Part shown: piece after piece, positions 46,417 through 58,583 of the stretch | How positions within the stretch are numbered: the stretch's first letter is position 1 | Layout of the letters: every line of letters begins with the position of its first letter | Origin: Epithemia pelagica | Lineage: Eukaryota; Protista; Bacillariophyta | Direction: 5' to 3' | Length of the DNA stretch: 64,000 bases | Assembly: GCA_946965045.2 (NCBI GenBank) | Contig: OX337229.1 | Span: forward strand, 4,898,001 to 4,962,000 | Position numbers and translations under genes: made by a program | Notes under the pieces: model-generated | The model's database searches: none | What the model was told of the DNA's origin: nothing | The model's input: only the letters and a program-made list of their open reading frames with translations

Positions 46417-46523
46417 TCTAGCATGGGACTGTTGATCCTAGGAGTACTTAGACTCCTTCTCCTAGTAGTAGGTCCGTTAGAGGTAAGGTTAGGAGTACCC
46501 CGTAGCAAGAGTTACGATGCTTT

Positions 46524-46634
46524 CAAAGATCGGTCATGTTAAAGACTCGTTATCATAAAGAGTGACTATTAGGATCCTCTAACCTAGAGGTCTATGTCTC
46601 GCTAAATCCTCGCTCACAAACGCGACCATTTCTC
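46524..46634 (-). repeat. Element A 3' LTR (boundary +/-1 nt)
   Basis: Direct repeat of 62291-62401. Confidence 0.85.
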
Positions 46635-46787
46635 GGTCCCCTCGCGAATCCATAGTCCGCTTACTAGGGTATTCGTGCTTCATCTCTTATTCTCGTTCAG
46701 CTAGCTCCAAAACCTGCTTATAGCTCGTCGTCAATCGAGTGCAGGACGTACCCGATCCCAGACAATCCATTCTGGTGGGAAACGCAC

Positions 46788-49700
46788 TTAATAAAGGATC
46801 ATTGATGCAAGTCTCGTTTGTTCTGTACCTGTCTGCATCTTAGTCAAAAGATCAGCAAGGTTAGTCTTAGACGGCTCAAAGGCGATACGGCAACTTCCAT
46901 TCGCAACATTCTCTCTGACAAAGTGGTAAGCAATAGCATTCGACTTCTTACGCAACACCGATTCGGGTTTTGAACTGTTGAGGACCACTGACATGTTGTC
47001 AACACGAATGTGTGCATGTCCCTCAAGTCGTACTCCCATCATCCGCAACTTATACCGTAGGCCCTTTATCATCTCGATGCCCACCTTCAATGCCATGAAT
47101 TCCGAACCAAACGTCAAAGTCTCAACACTGGTTTGCTTCTTGCTATACCAGTTTACTGGAGCCCGATTCAAAAAGATGAGAACTCCTGTCCTTGAACGAC
47201 GAGTTGCAAGGTCACCGGCATGATCGGCGTCAACAAACGCGGTCATTTGCACAGAACGGCCAAGAGGTTCTGGAGCATCCGGTGGTAAATCTTCCTTGGC
47301 ATCCGGATAGTGTGCACTCCAATCGGCAGTCGGCTCCTCGCCATGAATGATGTAAGAGGGGTCAAGTACTAAGCGAGAACGGTCATGCGTATTGATGTAT
47401 GCGAAAATGTGAAGCATCGCATGGACATGGCCTTCCCTTGGCCCTGCAAGAAAGGCTGCCAACATTGACACTTCTGCTGTGATGTCTATCCGTCCAAGCT
47501 TGACTAGCCATCGAAGCACACCCATTTGCTGCTGGAAGAAATTCATCCAGTCACCATCACAATACGGACTAGTATCCAGTTCTGGCCTATACCCTGAAGG
47601 TAAGACTCCAGCTGTTCTCGTCTTGAATTTCATGCCGTGCTTTTCCATCCACGTGCTTACATTGCGTATGGCTTCGCTTGCATATCTTTTTGAACTCAAG
47701 GCCCAACACCTCTTTGCACTATCACCATCGATGTCGAACGTTTCAACTTGGTTTCCAAGATATAGTTTGGGAGGGCCGATCGAATTTGGTTTCAATAAAT
47801 AATGTTGATCTAACATTGTCAAGATGTCTTGTCCCCTGTGTGAGAGCACAAGGACGTCATCGATATAAATGAAAACATACTCGTAGTATTGTGTTCCATC
47901 TGGTTTTGTTGCACGGCATAGGTAGACGTCTGGGTCTGCTCTACACGGAGAAAACCTCAAGGATTCTTGTAGGGTGGTAGAGAGATGCTCACGCCATGCA
48001 AAGGCGCTTGTCTTTAATCCGTAGAGTGCCTTGGTGATGATTGCGTATTGCCCTTCAAATTCTTTGCCGAATTCCAGACCACAGCGGGTGCAAATCTTTT
48101 CATGACAGGGCGCGTTCAGGTACGCTCCTGCAATATCGGCAGCAATGATGTCTATGTCATTGAGGGCAGCCAGAAGGAAGCCGATCCTCACACTCTCTCG
48201 ACTGACGACACTCGCGTAGGTCGGGGTTTCTGGTTCCCCTGTTTTGTGTCCGCCAGCAACATACCGAGCCTTCCGAGTGAAATCCATCTTCACATCGAAA
48301 ACAATGTGGCAAGGTATAATCTGGTGGCCAACCGGCTGTGGTGAGCCTTCATCCAAAATCTTCATGGCCGGAAAAATCTTCGACATTTCAAGTTGAAGGG
48401 CCTTAGCCCAGAAGTCGGTGCCCGTTTCCTTATCGATTTCAAGTGCACGTTCGACAGTCTTTGGTATCTCGATACCATATTTCTGAAACTTCCGCATGTA
48501 CCGTGTCGAAGTCGCTGCCTTGATCAATCGGTCACGTCTCTTTAAGGTGAAATGAACCCACCAATCAAATGCCGGTTCTTTATCTATCTGGTTGGCTATC
48601 GCATATTCTGCGACCTCTAAAGGATTTGACTCCTTGAGATCTTTTAGATGCTCCCAGCTGGAAGAGCCATCTTTCCACTGAACGCACAATGACCATCCAC
48701 GTGTCGTCCTTTTCTTGTGTTCTCGCCCATTGAGCATGATCGTCCCGTTGGATGAGGTGATGGCACTCCCATCTTTCTTGTGATCTATGATCTGATCGAT
48801 ATTGCGGTACCGATTTCCTTCATCATCGAGTTGCTCATAAATATTCTCCGCGATCAAATTCGCAGCATATGATTCCACATGCCCGTCCTGGAATTCTACT
48901 TCATACATGGAAGTGTCCAGTATCGGGTTGGTTGATGCTCTCCCAATGAGCTTCCCATCCGCGTCTCTCTTTCTTCTCACGACTTGTCCAGGGCGTAATG
49001 AATCGCCTAAAGGCAGCATGACTTTGGCTGAAATCAGCTTATCGTATGAGTCGGTAGTGTACTCATCCATCTCAGGTTTTGTCATGTCCTCTTGTTCGTC
49101 ATCTTCATAGGGTTGATAATGTGGGGTTTCGGTTGCATATTCGTCGTCAACGTCGTCCCCTGGAGCGAGACCCTCCATCCTCTGGCCTAGGACTTGTCTG
49201 AGATTGTCGTCGAATTGTTCCTTTTGTGCTTGGAAACTGGGATCATGGGACTTCTCAACTGACAAGGGCCACACTGACGTTCTGTGGATTACTTTGCCTT
49301 TGTCCGTCAATATTTTGGAACTCATGGCTTGTCCTACGCTGATACTTGGACCGAGCCAGCGCCCCAATTTTCTTCCTTCAAAGCCAGGGTTCGAATACCA
49401 GACCGGGTCATACCACCGATGCTCTATCAAGTGGGAGATATCAGGGGTGTCCCCTGTTAGAGTCTTCATTGGAGGCCCCGTCCAGATGTGGACTAGAAGA
49501 TAAGACGGTGTGTGAAAGTCGTCTTGCCACCAATTCCAAACAATGGTCCCACAGGACTGCCGGAGAATTCGCTCGCCTCATCTCTCTTTGGTACATTCTT
49601 TTAAGTTCCCGGATGTTAGCCTCAGCTAAATTTTGGTTAGGCGTCCACGCCTCTATCGGATGGATTTTGCACCCGTATTTGTATGCCGTCTTCCGAAATT

Positions 49701-50768
49701 GCCTGTTGTGAGTTCTGGCGCATTGTCTGGGATCACGCTATTAAAGATGCCAAATTCATCGAAGACACGCTCCAATGTCGTATAAGCCTCTTTCTTCTTC
49801 TGCATAGCGTAAAATTGGACCCAGCCAAAATCCGTGGCATATACTTGGCCACAAGTATTCTGTCCCAAAGACTTGACATCCGAGAAGAGAGTGTCAGTGT
49901 AGACATCTGCTCTTAGTCTGCGGTGCTTGAGTTGGTAAGCGGTGTGTTTGAGCCGCTTGCTCCCGATAGATTCCGAGAAATCTCGAACTCCCAACTGAGT
50001 AGTTTGTTGGTACGTTTTCTCGGCCATGGGAATCCCAATTCCCCATCGTTTTGAAAGCGTGATGGGATCAACAGTCCCCTTTCGCCTATGCCGCATGTCG
50101 GCAATGACTCTTGAGTTGACCCGGACTGTAGCTGCCATTCTCTTATGCAACTCTCTTGGTCCTTTATTTCTTATCTGGTCGGACTCAACATAGGTTCTGA
50201 GTTTCCTTTCATTGACGTCTTCCGTCAAGTCATTCGGATTCCACTTAGGATCAGAGTTGGTCATGTCGATCCGGTTTGAGGGATCAATTTCTTTGATCTC
50301 GTCCCAGCTTGGCTTACGAACCGTGAAGCCACTTATTACTCCTGTCAACTGAAAAGGGATCTTCATTTTCCCGTTTCCATCATTCAGTGGTGCGATTAGG
50401 GAATGTGACGTTCCTGTCCTGTTTTCTTCCTTGATGTATTTCAAGGGAACGTCATTTATTTCTATCCCTGCCTCCCGCATTTGATTCGGGTTTAGAAGGC
50501 ACTTCTGCATCATTGGCAGATGCAAAGCTTGATGAAAGTAAAGCAAGTATGTTTCTCCTGATTCCGGGTCATCATATGCCACGACACCGGTCACAATTGG
50601 AGTCTCCTTGATACTTCCCAGCGTATTTGTGAAACCACTAACTTCAGCATTGCCCGTTTCACGGAGTACAAGGCAAATGCTTCCGAGACAGCATGTATCT
50701 GCGTGGCTGTCAAGCTCGCATTGAGCTGTAGTGGCCACAATGTCGCTCGAGACTCCTTGGATGGAGTG
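46788..50768 (-). pseudogene. Element A pol (PR-IN-RT-RNase H) with two compensating 1-nt frameshifts
   Basis: ELDSHADTCC (PR), VYTDTLF/IPDNAPE/NLAEANIRE (IN), YIDD (RT), FVDADHAG..TFGSEF..VDN (RH). Shifts near 49695 and 49477. Confidence 0.9.
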
Positions 50769-51798
50769 TCAGATTCGTTCTTTGCCTCTATTTTTGCGTT
50801 GACTCATGATGGCTCCAATTCCGGCATCTCTCGCTTCATTCTGGTCATCTTTACTAGATGAGTAACTTTCATCGGTCGTCGAGGTCGACGAACCATCGTT
50901 ATTCTTCTTCTTCTTGCTCCCTGACGAGACTGCTGATGCAGTACGCTTCTTTGTGCTGCTATTCTTGGCATCACGAGTTTCCCGGACAAGCTGTTGCTGT
51001 TCCTTGGACAGTTTTATCCATTCTTTATAAGGGAAGTACCGATTCGGGTTGAAGGATTTGTTACCATTCTTTCCATTCCCATTCCCGTTGTTCTTATTTC
51101 CTTTATTGTTCACGTGCACGGCTGAGATACGTGCTTTCCTGGTAGTGGCGCCATAGGAGACCTTGTTGTCAAGGACCTCGGCCATATAATTTGATGCCAA
51201 TTCAAAAGATGTACGTAGATTTGGCGTTGCCAGAATTTGATTCTTGGCACTCTCCAAACGAGGGTCGTGAATTCCTGTAAGAAGCACTCGAATCTTCCTT
51301 TCAGTACTGACCAATTCTCCAGTTGATTCTAAATCAGTGAAGGCTCGCTGGAGCTGTTCGGTGTACCTTTCGTAGGTAAAGTTACGTCTGGTTCCGTCGT
51401 AATAACTTGTTTCAAGGGTCTGGTCCGCTTTAGCACGCAACCTTGTCTGGTATGCATCACCCAAATAGTGGCTTTTCAATGCTAAATATGCAGCACGTCC
51501 ACTTCTTGCTCGACTGTAGGATTGCACCCATCCCCATCCAGGTCCTCCATGCGTAATATGGCGGACAACATCCCATACGGCTTCATTATCTGTGAGGGCG
51601 GTCGGCCCAGAATGGGGAGCACGACGGATTAATTCATGGAGGTGAGAAGGCGTTGCATAACCTGGGTCAAGGTCGTCAGTTGGAATGGTTTGAATCATTC
51701 TGGTATAAGCGGCAAGAGGAATGCCTGTCACGCCTCTCTTCCGTTCCAAGTAGTCATCTAGATTTTCAAGGACACTTCGAATGTTCTCGACAGCTGTG

Positions 51799-52581
51799 TG
51801 TTACAATTCTTTCTGAATCGTAGGGACATTGATGCTCGGTAGAGCAGACAATCAGGTAGGTCACCAACCGATACAAGCTTCTCAGGGTCAGAGAAGCAAG
51901 CAAGTCGAAGTCTATCAGAAGGATAGTCGGGACACAAAAGAGGATGTGATAAATGGTGATATTGTTAGATTGTGTGTTGATTACTACGATAGGTCTACGT
52001 GAAATGTTCGGTCCTGCCAAGGGTCATGTATCATAGGTTCTTGGCGGCAACAGGTTTGGAATAGTTGGAGTTGATTCATGTGATGTATATGACATGTATA
52101 TGTGGGCGGATAACATATACAGGGTCAACAGCTCTTGCTTTGGGTTGGCATAGTTGTTTTCATGGCGCGCAGCTTGTTGACAATTTGGAGATTGTGGGAA
52201 TGGAAATATGGTCTCGCGTGATCGTGTGTCGTGCTTGGGATACTTAGACCGTTGGATCGGATAGATGCCGATAGCGCTCGGATGTCGCTTGGGCGCGCTC
52301 GATGATTTCGGGCGCGTACGCTTAGGGCGTTAGTACAGTGTCCGAGCAACGGCCAAATTTACGTCCGTTGTAATACCGCACGACCCAATTTAGTCTTGAG
52401 AGTGAGTTCGTCAATCTATTCTCACTTTTCATGATTTGCGAAGAAATATAGGTCGATATAGCGCGAAGCTAGGAAACATAGCTCGAAGCTAGAGGGCATG
52501 ATGCGATAGCACGAGGCTATGTGACATGGGGAATCGATGAGATGTAGAATCTAACCACCATAGACGGTGAGAATTCTAACA
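51799..52581 (-). repeat. Element B 3' LTR
   Basis: Apparently identical to 59400-60182. Confidence 0.96.
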
Positions 52582-55500
52582 CTCCCCACAACTCGTCGTT
52601 TCAGCCTTGTCATCATTGGATTTGTTGAGGTCTTGAACTTCTCCTTTCCAAAACAACAATGGCTTGAGCATGGGCCAGATAGATACGAAATCCCAATGTT
52701 TGCTAAGGATATCGGCGGGGTTGGTCTTTCCATCTTTCCAGTAGAATGCAACATACTTTGCTGCGATGGCTTCACGAACTCGGTGGTATGACAGAAGATG
52801 GTGTCTCTTGGATAGTATGGAATGAGGAACGGTTGCATTGAGCACAACAGATCTGTTATCTCCGTACATGTAACTTTGCTCTCGGATAGGTACTCCAAGG
52901 TAGCGGAGAGAATGTCGTAATTCTGTAATCTGATCTATTGCTGTCCTTGCAGCCACAAATTCGGATCCATAGGTAGCAGTTTCCACTGTGCTCTGTCTCT
53001 TGCTGTACCAGTCAATAGGTGTTCCGTTCAACAAATGTAGAACAGCAGTGACGGATTTACCAGTGACTATGTCATGCATGAGATTGGCATCAACATAATG
53101 AGTTGTAGTAACATAGCGGCCAAGAGGTGTTGGACAGTCTTCAGGAATACGTTCACTTGCATTCGAATAGACAGTGCGAGTCCAATCAAATTCTTGGGTA
53201 GGAAGACTTGAATAATCAGGCTCTCCAATCCTAAATCTGATTGCGCCTTCTGGGAGATGTGCAAGGTATCCATAGATACGCTTGGCTCTATCAAGATGTC
53301 CTTTCCTCGGAGCAGCACGAAAGCGTGATAGCGTCATTGTAGCGGTGAAGACGTCGAAACGACCAATAGTGATCACCCATTGGAGTTGTCCAATCAGAGT
53401 TTGGAAATGGTTAGTACCTTCTTCATCAAGGAGCTCAGAATCGTCCAATTCAGGATGATCTCCACCAATAAGAGGTGTTTTGGCTTTCTTGGGTTTCTCC
53501 TTGAAGATTCGTTCGAAAGTGTCCATCATCTTACCAATGTAGCGTCTTGGATCTGCTACTAATGTTCCATCAGAATCCTTGGTGTAACAACATCCCAAGT
53601 GGAAATCAATAGGTCCATCTCCTTTGAGTTTGAAGTTGTATTTCTCCTTCAGGATCTTGCAGATATTCCCAGGATCAGTAGAAATAATGGCTAAGTCATC
53701 AACGTATACGGCAATGTATTCGTAACAGTCTTCTCCAGGTGCCTTCCTCATCCAGATATCCGGATCTGCTTTGCTTGGTGAAAATCCCATGTCTGTCAAA
53801 ACATCGAATAAGACATCATGCCAGCGTGCGCCTGATGACTTCAATCCATAAAGTGCCTTGTATATAATCAGGATGTGACCTTCTAATTCCTTGAATTCAG
53901 GTCCTGCGACAATGAAAAGTTTCTCCCCTGTCAAGGCTTCCAGATATGCGTTTCCAATATCTGCTCCCCATATTTCCAAGTCATTCAAAGTACCCAGGAA
54001 TAAGGCAATGCGGAGGTTGCGAATGGAAACAACACCTGAATAGATTGTCTCAACAGGTTCTTTTGTGAGATGTCCATCTGCGACAAGTCTTGCTTTATGT
54101 CGTCCATCATGTTTTACGTCAAAGACAAGATGTACACGTATCTTATGATATCCTTCAGGTGCATTGGATACTTTCCCTTTAATGAAGATGGCTTTCCCAA
54201 AATCCTTGAATGTCTTGTAGGATTGGATCTGTGACAATTCTAATTCTGTTGCATCTTGCCACTTTGTGTTGCCATGTTGTTTATCAAGAGTGACAGCTTC
54301 CTCATAATTGCGTGGTACTTGGAATCCAAACTTATACTTGACGGAATGGTGAACTTGTTTAATCCTTGACTGTTTGGCTGCTCGAATGAGACGTTTGCTT
54401 GTTTTGACATAACGTTTCAAATGCTTCCATCCAGGTTCGTTGAGTAAATCATGTTTCTTTCCATAAATTGCTACAGTGATCGGATCATCATTGGCGATGA
54501 GTGATAAAGGTTCATAGGTAGTCTCCCCAGTTTCCCAATCAACAAGCAAATTATATTTGCTCCCCTTGTAATCTGGATCAGTTGTGTTCAGTGGGCCTTG
54601 ATGGGCAATGACGTCCCTGAACCTGAAAAGATTATCTCCAGAGGTTTGAGCTTGGTTATCTCGTTCGATATACTCCATGAGTTGATTATAGGATATCATC
54701 TCATCAACATCAGAATTTGTCTTTCGGTAGATATACTTGACACGTTCTTCCTGTTTCGTTGCTTCTTCATTAAGATCAATGACTCGTTTGATGACACGTG
54801 CACGGTGTCGCTCCCCATTTTCTTCTGTGTCGCATAGGAATGTGCGTCCTATCATGTCGTCAAAATCGATCGTGGGCATTGGTTTGGATGGATCTTCACT
54901 ATCACTGCGAATGAAGACAGTGTCAGCTTGCTTATCATTGTCATCCTTGTCAGACGAATCCTCCCCTGAAGGTCGATCCACACGTAGGTTAGGTGTAGTG
55001 GATTCAACACGGCGAACGGCAGAACGGTAGATGATCTGGTTATCCTGGGTGAGAATCTTCCAAGTAAAAGAATCACCAACGTTGTGAGCAAAACCAACCC
55101 AGTGGCCAAGTTTCTCATCAGAAGAAGATGGATATGAACCGGAATTGGGTTCAGCGGGGTCGACACGATAGTAAACCTCATCCCAGAAAGGAAAGAACAA
55201 GAGATGAGTAATGTCGGGTGGGCGTCCGGAGAGAGCCTCAAGAGGAGTGCGACCGGAGTGGGTGGGTGATGACGTATGGTTCAATAAGTCACAGACATAC
55301 TCAAGGCAAAGAAGCCAGGTGTTGGCAGGGCAACCAGTGGCATTCATGAGAGCGTTGGTCATACGTTTAACGGTCTGGTAACGGTTTTCAGCCTTATTCT
55401 GGTGTTGATGATAAGGTTCGGATCGATACTCCCCAATAAGCAAAGTGCGAAGAATGTCTTTAACCTTTTGAGAGATGAGAGATGAACCACCATCACTGAT

Positions 55501-58263
55501 AAGAGTCTCCATGGCACCACGAAACCGGATGTTGTCCTGAAGAGTATTGACAAACTGTTTGGTTGACTTGATCCCATAGATATCAGTAACCAGAGTATCT
55601 CGACCAACAAAGATTTGTGCGACTTTACCGCCATGGTCAACAGCAGGGGTGTCGGAGAAAACCGAGTCAGTAGCAACGGGTTCATGGCGTCGAGGTATAT
55701 TAAGGACCGGATTGCGAGCCTTGAAATGTTTCTTGAGGGTGTCGTGGTCAAAAGTAATGCTACCATTACGTGTAGTGTGCTTGAACGTATCGGCAATAAC
55801 ATCTTCAGATTGCCAACCAAAGAATGGACGGAACTTCTTCCAGTCATACGCTTCCTGGTAACGACGGTGGACAGAGGCATGAAGTGTAGGATCATTACCT
55901 TCTGCGTCAGCATAGATAGAAAAGAAGGGTGCGTCGTCAGGTCCATGATCGTATGGGAGATCCAAAAGGAGATTGAGGTTACAAACAACACGATCAGTGT
56001 ACTCCCCATAGTTGTCATATGGATGGTTCGACATACTACCATCAGTCTTGACGTGTTTCCAATCAGGATCATTGTCAGAGGGTGTGGGAGAATACGAATG
56101 GTCCAGAACACCAGGATCCCATGTGTCGGGTGACGTGAAGATGATCTGAGGTAAGGTATCCATGTCATCGTCGCTGGGGATACCCAAGGAGTGGATGTAG
56201 GCTAACCCATCCTTGATGTGAAGGGGTATGGCACGACCATCAAGTGTAGTGATGCGTTGTTTACCATCAACTTTAACAGATCGTTCATCAACAGCAAGTC
56301 CGAAATGCTCGAATTGACCAGGAGCATGGATAGATAAGCCCTTCCCATAATAAGCATATTCATTGAAGATGCCGACAATAGGTCCATCATTGGTCTCAAA
56401 CTTTGCGGCACATGTGACGACAGGAAGTCCAGTAAGTTCATGGTTATCAATACCCACAATAGTGATATGGCGGCCAGTCTTAGAAAGGATGCGCATGTCA
56501 GAACCAGCAAGTCCTCCATTAGCACCACGGTCAATCAATTGATTCCCTGGTAAAGTAGATTTCCTGGAAAACAGATAGCGTGGAACATGTCCTGCTTGTT
56601 TATGCATGTTGGCTTTGAAAGTAACCTTCTTGCTCGTCTTGGACTTGGCGTTAGAAAGAACACTAGTCAGGTCAGTTGCCGGGTGATTGATATCAGTCGT
56701 CATGGCTTGGTTGATAAATTGTGTAACCGGATCTGAATCATCTGAATGCTCAGTGACTACGCCAGGTGAGTCGTCATCAGATACAACTTGGTTGGGATCA
56801 GGATCAGGTTCCGGATCAATGTCGAGGGCATGTGTTTGCACTGTCCTCGGTGTTGTTGATGAAGGTGCTTGAATCATCTTGTTATATTCAATGATCAACT
56901 TGCGATCTTCTTCAGAAAGTTTGAACCATAGGTCACGCGGTAGACTAACCTTGGACGAAGAGGATGGAGATTCAGATGTCGCTTTGGTGTTGTGGACATG
57001 ATACTCCATATCATCTTGTGAGGTTATGTCAGCATCTGTATCTTGGCCATATAGTGATTCATGTTGTTTGACATGTCGACGGCGACTATGAACAGATGAC
57101 TGGGTTGCTTGATCATGGTCATAAGCTGCGTCTAGAAGGAGACGGAAGTATGATTGATAGCAAAGGGATTTTGCACCGGATTTGGTGTTCACCACATTAT
57201 CCAAGATCTTGACTCGGCGGAGATCAGGTACCTTTTCTACAGCTTGCATGAGGAAGGTCATCCTGGTATGATCAGGGATGCGATCAGACAATGTCACTAA
57301 ATTGTCTAGCAAACGTAGCTGCTCTTGAAAGTGTAGAAGAAATTGACGTGTTGTTCCGCGCCATGTGTCGTCAAGACGTAGATTGGAAATGTAATTGGTT
57401 AAGCGGAGGACTTCTCGCTTTGCTAGGTCGGATTCGGTATGCAAAGAGTGTAACTTCTGCAATACGGCACGCGCATCTTCATCATGTTCATGTTCACGTA
57501 CATAGGCTCGACCTTGGTCAGTCTGAATGATACGGACAAGAACGGAGTAAAGAAATACTTGTTGCTCTTGAAAAAGTTCTTCGGCATACTCATCATCATG
57601 GGGTGGTGTGTATTTGAAATTCAGAACGTTGGATAGGCCTTGAGCCTTAGCTGTAGTCTTGAATACACGCCAGAATGAATCGTAGTATCGTTCATCCTTG
57701 AATACCTCATATGCAGTTGCGTCGCGCTTAGTTCCCTTTCTGAATGCTGTAAGGTCTTGTTGAGATTGGGATGCGGCAGTAACTGTGCTGACAGATTTCA
57801 CAGATGACGGTGACTTCATTGGCGAGACTGGGACTTGGCTAGGTGGTCCCTTAGAGAAATCTGTGTTGATCCTCCAAGTGTTGAACTCTTTCCTCGTTAG
57901 GTTCATCCAGTCGCTATTGGATAGCTCGTCTTGAATTTCATTGGTCTTGTATGTGGCCCAATAAGCCAAGAGCTTGATCTGCTGTCTTGTGGGGCCTTGT
58001 AGATCATGTGTCTGTTTGTTGACCTTGTATTGTGTCAGTTCCTTCATGGATTCCTCGGTATTAGTTTGCATATACGAGATAACATGGGTAATGTTCTCAA
58101 AACCATGGTATTTCATCCACTTCATTAAGTAGTCAGCCCTTTCTTTGGTAAAAAATTGGCAGACAGTAAATATGATGTGGTCGAATAGGTCTGTGTCCGA
58201 GACATTGTCTTGGTTATCTTCTCCCTTAGGAGTCGTAGGTGTCTTGGGTGATTGAGGATCCAT
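52576..58263 (-). CDS. Element B Gag-Pol, 1895 aa (Gag, PR, IN, RT, RNase H)
   Basis: LIDRGANGG (PR), VATDSVF/LISDGG/NKAENRY (IN), YVDD (RT), YVDANL..ETATYGSEF..GDN (RH). The stop codon lies in the first 6 nt of the 3' LTR. Confidence 0.96.
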   Translation of the reverse strand: MDPQSPKTPTTPKGEDNQDNVSDTDLFDHIIFTVCQFFTKERADYLMKWMKYHGFENITHVISYMQTNTEESMKELTQYKVNKQTHDLQGPTRQQIKLLAYWATYKTNEIQDELSNSDWMNLTRKEFNTWRINTDFSKGPPSQVPVSPMKSPSSVKSVSTVTAASQSQQDLTAFRKGTKRDATAYEVFKDERYYDSFWRVFKTTAKAQGLSNVLNFKYTPPHDDEYAEELFQEQQVFLYSVLVRIIQTDQGRAYVREHEHDEDARAVLQKLHSLHTESDLAKREVLRLTNYISNLRLDDTWRGTTRQFLLHFQEQLRLLDNLVTLSDRIPDHTRMTFLMQAVEKVPDLRRVKILDNVVNTKSGAKSLCYQSYFRLLLDAAYDHDQATQSSVHSRRRHVKQHESLYGQDTDADITSQDDMEYHVHNTKATSESPSSSSKVSLPRDLWFKLSEEDRKLIIEYNKMIQAPSSTTPRTVQTHALDIDPEPDPDPNQVVSDDDSPGVVTEHSDDSDPVTQFINQAMTTDINHPATDLTSVLSNAKSKTSKKVTFKANMHKQAGHVPRYLFSRKSTLPGNQLIDRGANGGLAGSDMRILSKTGRHITIVGIDNHELTGLPVVTCAAKFETNDGPIVGIFNEYAYYGKGLSIHAPGQFEHFGLAVDERSVKVDGKQRITTLDGRAIPLHIKDGLAYIHSLGIPSDDDMDTLPQIIFTSPDTWDPGVLDHSYSPTPSDNDPDWKHVKTDGSMSNHPYDNYGEYTDRVVCNLNLLLDLPYDHGPDDAPFFSIYADAEGNDPTLHASVHRRYQEAYDWKKFRPFFGWQSEDVIADTFKHTTRNGSITFDHDTLKKHFKARNPVLNIPRRHEPVATDSVFSDTPAVDHGGKVAQIFVGRDTLVTDIYGIKSTKQFVNTLQDNIRFRGAMETLISDGGSSLISQKVKDILRTLLIGEYRSEPYHQHQNKAENRYQTVKRMTNALMNATGCPANTWLLCLEYVCDLLNHTSSPTHSGRTPLEALSGRPPDITHLLFFPFWDEVYYRVDPAEPNSGSYPSSSDEKLGHWVGFAHNVGDSFTWKILTQDNQIIYRSAVRRVESTTPNLRVDRPSGEDSSDKDDNDKQADTVFIRSDSEDPSKPMPTIDFDDMIGRTFLCDTEENGERHRARVIKRVIDLNEEATKQEERVKYIYRKTNSDVDEMISYNQLMEYIERDNQAQTSGDNLFRFRDVIAHQGPLNTTDPDYKGSKYNLLVDWETGETTYEPLSLIANDDPITVAIYGKKHDLLNEPGWKHLKRYVKTSKRLIRAAKQSRIKQVHHSVKYKFGFQVPRNYEEAVTLDKQHGNTKWQDATELELSQIQSYKTFKDFGKAIFIKGKVSNAPEGYHKIRVHLVFDVKHDGRHKARLVADGHLTKEPVETIYSGVVSIRNLRIALFLGTLNDLEIWGADIGNAYLEALTGEKLFIVAGPEFKELEGHILIIYKALYGLKSSGARWHDVLFDVLTDMGFSPSKADPDIWMRKAPGEDCYEYIAVYVDDLAIISTDPGNICKILKEKYNFKLKGDGPIDFHLGCCYTKDSDGTLVADPRRYIGKMMDTFERIFKEKPKKAKTPLIGGDHPELDDSELLDEEGTNHFQTLIGQLQWVITIGRFDVFTATMTLSRFRAAPRKGHLDRAKRIYGYLAHLPEGAIRFRIGEPDYSSLPTQEFDWTRTVYSNASERIPEDCPTPLGRYVTTTHYVDANLMHDIVTGKSVTAVLHLLNGTPIDWYSKRQSTVETATYGSEFVAARTAIDQITELRHSLRYLGVPIREQSYMYGDNRSVVLNATVPHSILSKRHHLLSYHRVREAIAAKYVAFYWKDGKTNPADILSKHWDFVSIWPMLKPLLFWKGEVQDLNKSNDDKAETTSCGEC

Positions 58264-58583
58264 GGTGTTATTTGGTTGGTTCGATGTTTATTTAATGTGC
58301 GGTGTGATGTGGTTTATTTAATGTGTGATGTGATGTGAACCCGGATGTACCACGTGTGCCACGTATGTACCACGTATGTAATACCCGGATGTGTGTTGTG
58401 ATGTGCGACTCCTGGAAATTTCCGTTGATTTCGACAAATTTTCGCCGAGTTTCAACAAATTTTCGCCGAATTTTCGCGATTTGACGGGAATGTGTGGCGT
58501 GTTGTGCGACCAAGGGTACCCGGATGTGCGTTGAGTTTAAGTCTTGGAAAGGTTTTGAGAGGACGGGAGCTAACTATGAGTAA
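58264..58583. repeat. Repeat-rich spacer between ORF0 and gag in element B
   Basis: TATTTAATGTG..TGTGATGTG x2, ACCCGGATGT x3, GT[A/G]CCACGT x3, CAAATTTTCGCCGA x2. Confidence 0.75.

Noticed and set aside
46537-46618. Internal TG...CA segment as the real LTR of element A
   Set aside because: The 13 and 16 flanking bases are also shared by both copies, and the PPT, PBS and TSD all abut the outer boundaries.
51766-52349. Short ORFs repeated at about 52 kb and about 59.5 kb
   Set aside because: They are duplicated only because they lie in the two identical LTRs of element B.
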